From NCBI GenBank assembly GCA_963666985.2, contig CAXXIA010000001.1:576001-640000 (forward strand): a stretch of 64,000 nt of DNA. Reading direction: 5' to 3'. Both the position numbers and the translations under genes were made by a program. The stretch is from Spirochaetia bacterium (GTDB taxonomy: Bacteria > Spirochaetota > Spirochaetia > DSM-2461). The notes beneath the pieces are model-generated. The model worked only from the letters and a program-made list of their open reading frames with translations. It made no database searches and was not told the DNA's origin. Below are positions 57,683 to 64,000 of the stretch, in pieces; the first letter of the stretch is position 1; every line of letters starts with the position of its first letter.

Positions 57683-58855
57683 ATGAAAGGAATTGCTCGA
57701 GAATTAAAGAAAATCGACACTTTCTCCGAATTACCGGAGGATGATCTTAATGCACTTGCCGAAATCTGTACCTCCGCACAATATGAAACGGGCTCGGTCA
57801 TCGCGCGGGAAGGTTTTGAAGCGATGTCGATGTTCGCTCTCTTGAAAGGTTCGGTTGGGATTTGGGTCGATCACGGTTCCGACTCATCCGATCTTCTTAC
57901 CGTGAGAAACGCTCCTTGTCTTGTTGGTGAAATGGGGGTTGCCGATGAACTCCCAAGGAGTGCCACCATCGTAGCCGGATCTCCCGTATCGGGTTACACC
58001 ATAGACGCATCGGCTTTTAAGGGACTCCTTGAGAATCGAGGCCGTATCGCACTGTCGATGCTTAAGAGCATTTCTCAATTAGTCAGAAGCAGCAACGACA
58101 GCTTCATAAGCGGACTCAGAGAACGAAACGCCGAACTTATAAAGGCGAATACCGAACTTCAGGAAGCACAGCGCCGATTAGTCCGTCAGGAAAGACTCTC
58201 CAGTTTGGGGAAATTTTCTTCGATGATTATTCATGATTTGCGAAATCCTCTTTCCGTGATTAAAGGTTACGCCGATATGCTGGAACTGAAACTCGGTGAC
58301 GGATCACCGAATCTTTCCAAGTATGCATCCCATATCAGACGTGAGACGGCCCGCTTAACGGGACTTATTAACGAATTGCTGGATTTTTCCCGCGGAGAAA
58401 TTCGGCTTGCATATTCACCCGTTACAATCTCGGAACTGTTTGACCAGATCCGTGAAAATTGCGAACCGGGATTTGCCTCGAAAGGCATTGAGACAACCTG
58501 GACCATCGGATTCGAGGATTCCTCTTTAATGGATGAGGAGAGGATGATTCGTGCGCTGATCAACATCATGGATAATGCTCGGAAAGCCTGTGAGAGAAAC
58601 GGGCGTATCGATGTGAGCGCCGATAAAGATGGAGATTGCTTGCTCATCCTGGTTAAAGACGATGGAGTGGGAATGAGTGAAGAAACGCTCCAGCACGTCT
58701 TTGATCCCTTTTATTCCGCATCGGATCGAGGCGGTACGGGATTGGGGATGCATATCGTAAGGACTGTCGTTGAAGCTCATGGCGGAGAAGTCGATATAAA
58801 AAGTTTCGTGGGAGAAGGAACGGAAATTTCCATCAGACTGCCGCTGAGAATGTGA
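57683..58855 (+). CDS. Cytoplasmic sensor histidine kinase with an N-terminal cyclic-nucleotide-binding domain
   Basis: cNMP motif VGEMG...PRSATI; H-box IHDLRNPL; N, G1 (DDGVG), F (FDPFY) and G2 (GTGLG) boxes; SD AGGAGG. Confidence 0.9.
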   Translation: MKGIARELKKIDTFSELPEDDLNALAEICTSAQYETGSVIAREGFEAMSMFALLKGSVGIWVDHGSDSSDLLTVRNAPCLVGEMGVADELPRSATIVAGSPVSGYTIDASAFKGLLENRGRIALSMLKSISQLVRSSNDSFISGLRERNAELIKANTELQEAQRRLVRQERLSSLGKFSSMIIHDLRNPLSVIKGYADMLELKLGDGSPNLSKYASHIRRETARLTGLINELLDFSRGEIRLAYSPVTISELFDQIRENCEPGFASKGIETTWTIGFEDSSLMDEERMIRALINIMDNARKACERNGRIDVSADKDGDCLLILVKDDGVGMSEETLQHVFDPFYSASDRGGTGLGMHIVRTVVEAHGGEVDIKSFVGEGTEISIRLPLRM

Positions 58856-58900
58856 TTTTCATGTTTTTCGCTTCATCATACGGAATCTTTCCGATTCCAT

Positions 58901-58955
58901 AAAAATGAGAACACACGGTCAAAGGATGGAACCGCTGGTCGTGTGTTCTTGTTTT
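58901..58955. terminator. Probable bidirectional terminator between the convergent kinase and esterase genes
   Basis: Stem AGAACACACGGTCA / TGGTCGTGTGTTCT flanked by AAAAA and GTTTT. Confidence 0.55.
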
Positions 58956-58973
58956 ACAGATGAACAACGGCTC

Positions 58974-59766
58974 TTAAAAATCTCCGGAATAAAATTTTTC
59001 GGACATACCGGAGAGCCATTCTATGCTTTCATTCATCCATGTTGCCACGTGAATATCGGACAGACGATCCTTTTGAGGATCGTCAACTTCGGGAGTGGCT
59101 ATGGAAAGTCCGTGAATACCGTAGGGAAACAAGTGCAGCTCGACCGGCACTCGGCTTTCGATTAATCGCTGCGTGAATTTCAGCGAACCCAAAACCGGAA
59201 CCATTTCATCTTCAACGGTATGCCAGAGAAATGCCGGCGGAGTTTTTCCGTTGATGTATTCCACAGCGGAAAAATAGCGATATTTTTCCATGTCATCCCC
59301 CGCCAGGAGTCGCTTGAAATCTTTACTGTCGATAAGTTTCGTATCCACGGCGGGATAGGCGAGAATCATTCCGTCGGGGCGGATTTTACTGTGCAGAGCA
59401 GTGTCGGTGAACACTTCGGCGTCGTTCCAGTGGACTCCGAGACACGCGCAGACATTGCCGCCCGCGGAGAAGCCGCACACGGCCACAAACATATCGGGGA
59501 AGGTTTCGCGAACATGCACCATAGCCCAGGCCAGCTGTTTCATGGGTTTCTCAAAAAGCGGAGCAAATTTCTCGCCGACGCTGTATCGTAAAATAAACGG
59601 CTGCCAGCCGGCCTCTTCATAACAGGCCGCCACAGGCCATTCTTCTCGGGGGCTGAGCCATTTGATAACCGCCTCCGGCACAGATAATCACGGCGCCTTT
59701 GGGCGAATCCATGGGACGATAGAGAAGTTCGGCGCCCCCTTGCTCCATTTTGATTATGTCGGACAT
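58974..59766 (-). pseudogene. Alpha/beta-hydrolase (acetyl/xylan esterase-like) with a +1 frameshift near 59661-59664
   Basis: ATG 59766 with SD AAGGTGG gives MSDIIK...GAVIICAGGGY; the frame then shifts to KWLSPREEWPVA...GFSAGG...D...HG. Confidence 0.75.
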
Positions 59767-59836
59767 AAAACCACCTTATTTGTTTATTACCGTCCGAACA
59801 GAGATGTACGGACAAAGACGCCTTTCGGCTTCAATC

Positions 59837-61559
59837 GGGGCTGTCTCATTAGTTTGAGACAGCCCCTTTTAAAATTTGGTTGACCTCCGAAGACGGGAGG
59901 TTCCCTCCCATCCCCTTATCGTTTCTGTAGCTTCCTCATGTTATGAGCCATACTCAACAGTCCCCATTCAGTACTGACCATCTTCAATCCCCTGGTTCGG
60001 AATCTCCGAAATCCCATATTCGTCTTGATATCTCCGAATACAGATTCGACTTCAATCGGCCTGAGAGAGCGCATTCTCAGTCCTTCCTCTGAAGTCAGCA
60101 ACTTGCGCACTTCAGACTTATGCCGTTCCAGGTTTGGACGAACCGTCAGGATGCGCTCTTTGCCTCCGTATTTGCAGCACCGGATTCGGAGAGAACACCT
60201 TTGGCATCCAGGGCCTGTATACCTTTTTTCAGTGGTCGGAAATCCTGAACCTGTTTTCGAGATTCTGGTCTCCTCGTGTTTGAATCGGCGACCCTTGGGG
60301 CACCGGTATGTATCATCAGAGGCACGATAGTCCCAGTTCTCTTTCATATGAATCTGCTTCTTGAACTTCCGTTTCCGCTCCCTGTGGAAGTAGCTGAACT
60401 TGATGTACTTCTCGACACCATGATCCTCACACCACTGGTAGTTCTCTTCACTACCATATCCTGAATCAGCAATGATTCTTTTCGGATAGCGTTTCAGATT
60501 CTTTTTCAGTTTCTCCATATGTAGCGGCAATGTCAGGGAGTCACCGGGACTCTGGTGGATGCTATATCCGAGGATGAACTGGTTCTCAGTACCCATTTGG
60601 ATGTTGTACCCGGGCTTGAGCTGACCATTTTTCATATAGTCTTCTTTCATCCGCATGAAAGTCGCATCATAGTCTGTTTTCGAGTAACTATTTCGGTCGC
60701 CGAGGATTCTCTTCTGCTGCTCATACTTTTTGGCACGAGGGAGATAGTCCTTGCTAGCGGTATTCAATCTCCGTTGAATCTCCTTCTTTTCTCGCTCCTC
60801 CCGATCCTTGCGCAGCTCTTCATTGAGCTTGGATACCGCATCTTCGAGAATCTCCGACATCGGCCTGCCTTGAGGATCCACATGGGGAAGGTCATGGTCG
60901 CCGTACTTCTCATCCTCTTCTTCATTGATGCGGTCGATGTATTCGAAAAGCTCATCCATATTGCCGGCCAGGCGCTTCTGGAACTTGTCTGTCGCCCGGC
61001 CCCATACCCATGTGTATTTGTTAGCTGCTGATTCGATTTTTGTGCCGTCGAGAAAGTAGTTCTCCATCTGGACATGTCCGCTCTCGATGAGGCTGTTGGC
61101 CATTGAGGCAAAGATTTTCTCGATGCTCTTCTTCAATGGACCGTTACGAAATCTGTTTATCGTGTGGAAATCAGGACGGTTATTACCACTGATCCACATG
61201 AAGCATATCTGCTCACGAAGAGCGTCTGCGATTTGACGACAGGAATACAGCTGTTTCGAGTAGGCCAACACCAGAACCTTCAGCATCATCACCGGGTGGT
61301 AGCTGCTGGCACCGCCTCCCGGATAGGCGTTGAAGAGCTCACTGGTATCCATCGTGTCGATGAAGTTGTTGATTGTGCGGGATATATGGTTTGCGGGAAG
61401 CAGTTCATCGAGACTTGGAGGCAGGAGCATCTGTTGGCTGATTTCGTAATCTTTGAATGTAGCCTTCTTTTTAGTGTCCATGAAGAATTCTACCACCCTT
61501 GAATTCAGAAGGGAATTCTTCCAGACATGAAAAAGGGCCGCCTCTTATGAGACAGCCCC
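59837..61559 (-). mobile_element. IS1182-family insertion sequence (1723 bp)
   Basis: 16-bp TIRs GGGGCTGTCTCATTAG / GGGGCTGTCTCATAAG enclosing a single transposase; no target duplication visible. Confidence 0.9.
59916..61496 (-). CDS. IS1182-family DDE transposase
   Basis: Motifs YHPVMMLKV, PDFHTINRFR, LDGTKIES, SKTDYDATFMRMK, KPGYNIQ, ADSGYGSE, VESVFGDIK, AHNMRK. Confidence 0.93.
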   Translation of the reverse strand: MVEFFMDTKKKATFKDYEISQQMLLPPSLDELLPANHISRTINNFIDTMDTSELFNAYPGGGASSYHPVMMLKVLVLAYSKQLYSCRQIADALREQICFMWISGNNRPDFHTINRFRNGPLKKSIEKIFASMANSLIESGHVQMENYFLDGTKIESAANKYTWVWGRATDKFQKRLAGNMDELFEYIDRINEEEDEKYGDHDLPHVDPQGRPMSEILEDAVSKLNEELRKDREEREKKEIQRRLNTASKDYLPRAKKYEQQKRILGDRNSYSKTDYDATFMRMKEDYMKNGQLKPGYNIQMGTENQFILGYSIHQSPGDSLTLPLHMEKLKKNLKRYPKRIIADSGYGSEENYQWCEDHGVEKYIKFSYFHRERKRKFKKQIHMKENWDYRASDDTYRCPKGRRFKHEETRISKTGSGFPTTEKRYTGPGCQRCSLRIRCCKYGGKERILTVRPNLERHKSEVRKLLTSEEGLRMRSLRPIEVESVFGDIKTNMGFRRFRTRGLKMVSTEWGLLSMAHNMRKLQKR

Positions 61560-61566
61560 TTCATAA

Positions 61567-62865
61567 TTATGATTTCAGAAGATTGGGAAGCAGCATGCAA
61601 ATATCCGGGAAAAATGTAATCACCAGTAACGTAACGAACATGATGATGAGCCAGGGAACAAGTGAAACAATAAGTCTTTCCATTTTAATACCCGAAACGA
61701 TGGAGCCCATCATCAAAGCTCCTCCCACGGGGGGAGTCATCATGCCGATAGCCAGATTGAAGATCATAATGATTCCAAAGTGAACCGGACTGATACCCGC
61801 GCTTTGGGCTATGGGAAGAAATATCGGCGTGGCGATAATGAGCACGGATGCCATATCCATAATCATTCCCATAAAAATCAGCAAAAGGTTGACGATCAGC
61901 ATTATTAATATTCCGCTGTCGGTGAAACCGTAGATTATTGAAGACATCTGATTGGGGATTCGAAGATACGAAACCATAAATCCGAAACAGGCTGAAAATC
62001 CCATTGAGAGCATTATGATTCCAACGGTTTTAAGGCTGCGTTCGAGAATCGTCCAAAAGCGTTTCCACGTCATATCGCGATAGATGACCGTTGTTACGAA
62101 AATCGCCCATAGAATTGAAATGGCGGCGGCTTCCGTGGCTGTAAAAACACCCGTGGTACAGCCGACGACGATAATGACAAGCGTCATAAGTCCCCAGAAT
62201 GAAGTTAATGATGTTTTCAGAAGCATCTTCAGATTGAAGGGACTCCCCTTGGGGTAATGCCGTTTAACGGAAAGATAGTAAGAAAAGGCCATAAGTACCG
62301 CCGCCAAGAGAAGGCCGGGAATAATACCGGCCATAAAAAGCGAGCCTATGCTTACCGTACCTCCGGCCGCCATGGCGTAGATGAGCATGTTATGACTGGG
62401 AGGAATAAGCAAACCCTGCTGAGCACTTGTTACCGTTACATCCGTGGCGAACTCTTCGTCGTATCCCTGTTTCTTCATCATGGGAATCAGAACCGTGCCC
62501 AGAGAAGAAATATCGGCAAGGGGCGATCCGGAAATACCTCCGAAAAAGGTGCTTGCCATGACGTTTACCATGGCAAGCCCGCCGCGCACCCATCCCACGC
62601 ATGCTTCCACGAACTCGATGATTTTTTCCGACAGACTGCCGTCGGACAATATTTCACCCGCCACGATGAAAAGAGGTACGGCCAGCAAGTTGTAAGACTG
62701 GAGAGTCGTTACGGTGCGGTTTACCAAGAGATTGAGAGGGATTCCCATGAACGTTGCGGTAATAACGCTGGATAGCAGGACCGACATGAGGATTTCCATT
62801 CGGATCAATAGAAAGAAGAAGAATGTCCCCAGCAGTAGAAGAGCGGCTATGGTCATTTGGTTCAT
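61567..62865 (-). CDS. dctM: TRAP transporter large permease
   Basis: Motifs LAVPLFIVAG, FFGGISGS, LIPPS, FTATEAA, TPPVG. Confidence 0.93.
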   Translation of the reverse strand: MNQMTIAALLLLGTFFFFLLIRMEILMSVLLSSVITATFMGIPLNLLVNRTVTTLQSYNLLAVPLFIVAGEILSDGSLSEKIIEFVEACVGWVRGGLAMVNVMASTFFGGISGSPLADISSLGTVLIPMMKKQGYDEEFATDVTVTSAQQGLLIPPSHNMLIYAMAAGGTVSIGSLFMAGIIPGLLLAAVLMAFSYYLSVKRHYPKGSPFNLKMLLKTSLTSFWGLMTLVIIVVGCTTGVFTATEAAAISILWAIFVTTVIYRDMTWKRFWTILERSLKTVGIIMLSMGFSACFGFMVSYLRIPNQMSSIIYGFTDSGILIMLIVNLLLIFMGMIMDMASVLIIATPIFLPIAQSAGISPVHFGIIMIFNLAIGMMTPPVGGALMMGSIVSGIKMERLIVSLVPWLIIMFVTLLVITFFPDICMLLPNLLKS

Positions 62866-63356
62866 TGCTGGTTTACTCCCGCCGCCGCTGCTCCGTAACG
62901 TTTGACATATTTATCCGCTTTTCCAAGTATGATCAGTACGAAACCCAAAGGAAGCGACAGATAGAGCCATGTCTGACTTATCTTGAGTCCCGTATAGAAC
63001 AAAGACAGATTCTTGATAATGCTTTTAATTCCGTAGGGTAAAAGATAAATGATGAGCGCCGTGGAAATCACATCCAAAACAGCCGTAAGGATGACGTTGA
63101 ACCTTTCCGAAATCAAATGATCGATTACTGTAAGTCTCAGATGTGAATCATGGCGAAACGCTTCCGCACCGCTGAGAATGGAAACCCAGCACATACAGAA
63201 CAGAATCAATTCTTCACCCCAAACCGGTGTTTTCCCGAAGAAATAACGGCCGAAGACAATCAGCCACATTACACCGAATATCATACAGAGCATAATTCGG
63301 CAGAGGAGGTTTGAGACGGAAAAAATGCTATCAAGTATCTTGTTAACGGTTTTCAT
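62862..63356 (-). CDS. dctQ: TRAP transporter small permease
   Basis: Four TM helices; RYFF...WGEEL, HLRLT; ATGA overlap with dctM. Confidence 0.9.
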   Translation of the reverse strand: MKTVNKILDSIFSVSNLLCRIMLCMIFGVMWLIVFGRYFFGKTPVWGEELILFCMCWVSILSGAEAFRHDSHLRLTVIDHLISERFNVILTAVLDVISTALIIYLLPYGIKSIIKNLSLFYTGLKISQTWLYLSLPLGFVLIILGKADKYVKRYGAAAAGVNQQ

Positions 63357-63392
63357 GGTAATCCCACCTAAAAAGTTCTTCCTGTTTCGGCG

Positions 63393-64000
63393 TTATGATA
63401 TTTCTCGGATTTTTTTTACCAGATCGATATATTCACCGGCAAAGGATTCATACATGGGATAGCACAGATTGTACATTTCCTCTTTTTCTTCGGGCGAAGG
63501 CTTGATAACGGTTACGCCTTTGTTCGCCAGATTCGCCTCGATTTTTTCTTCATCCAGAGCAATATTCTCTTTATTGAACGCAACGGCTCTATCGGCGGCC
63601 AGTTCAAAAAGGGCTTTTTCTTCATCGTTCAATTTGTTCCAAACCCTGTTGGAAACAGCCAGAAGATTGGCGCCCCAAATATGCTCGTCTTCATAAAAGT
63701 ACGGCGCTACTTCATAAAGCATGTTGCTGTTGTAGCCGGAAAGAGGATTTTCGGCACCGTCTACAACTCCATTAGAGAGAGAACTGTAAAGCTCTCCCCA
63801 AGACATTTGCGTTGCGGAAGCTCCAATGGCTTCAACCATTCCCACATACATGTCGGTCGCCTGTACGCGAAGCTTCAAACCCGCCAGATCCTTATAGGTG
63901 GAAACGGGATGTGCATTACTCGTGAAATAATCGCGGGCGCCTTCTTCTATATAGCCCAGAGCATGGAAACCGAAATTACCGGCATTGACATCATCGATTA
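63393..64000 (-). CDS. dctP: TRAP transporter substrate-binding protein (5' end outside the window)
   Basis: The frame is open to the window edge; motifs DLAGLKLRV, ELYSSLSNGVVDGAENP, YEVA. Confidence 0.9.
   Translation of the reverse strand, partial: IDDVNAGNFGFHALGYIEEGARDYFTSNAHPVSTYKDLAGLKLRVQATDMYVGMVEAIGASATQMSWGELYSSLSNGVVDGAENPLSGYNSNMLYEVAPYFYEDEHIWGANLLAVSNRVWNKLNDEEKALFELAADRAVAFNKENIALDEEKIEANLANKGVTVIKPSPEEKEEMYNLCYPMYESFAGEYIDLVKKIREIS

Overview
A gene-dense 64-kb chromosomal segment from a spirochaete, most likely a free-living anaerobic Spirochaetales member. This is inferred from two FlaA sheath proteins, an orphan FliG paralog, a short AlaRS lacking C-Ala, and rnfCDGEAB. 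Left to right it contains: the start of a surface-glycan operon (frameshifted POTRA/beta-barrel gene, wecA-like, PglK/MsbA-like ABC exporter, glycosyltransferase); aroB, hrpA, hisS, pcnB and ugd; a P-loop/Asp23 protein; the Rnf complex with a coupled unknown membrane protein and a GH57-like protein; fliG-like, alaS and hisZGB; a LysM amidase; rsmD-recG-yggT-dnaE; a coupled PglF-like dehydratase / DegT aminotransferase / xanthine-dehydrogenase-like trimer operon; SPOR, TylF, CPBP, PilZ and comEC-rsmA; two flaA genes; a cNMP histidine kinase; and an accessory TRAP/esterase operon interrupted by an IS1182-family element. Non-coding elements are two copies of a ~165-bp MITE, a 33-bp hairpin tandem array, a 36-bp direct-repeat pair upstream of hisS, and several promoters and terminators. 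The most interesting signals are (1) a xanthine-oxidase-family trimer whose large subunit has lost its molybdenum-cofactor motifs while the FeS and FAD subunits stay intact, coupled to amino-sugar biosynthesis genes; (2) rsmA/ksgA with no AUG and a strong SD pointing at an ACG; (3) repeated leaderless-type promoter architecture; (4) a probably inactive GH57 and an unknown membrane protein flanking rnf; and (5) an A8-tract frameshift in the outer-membrane barrel gene. All calls come from motif recognition by eye; no database searches were run.
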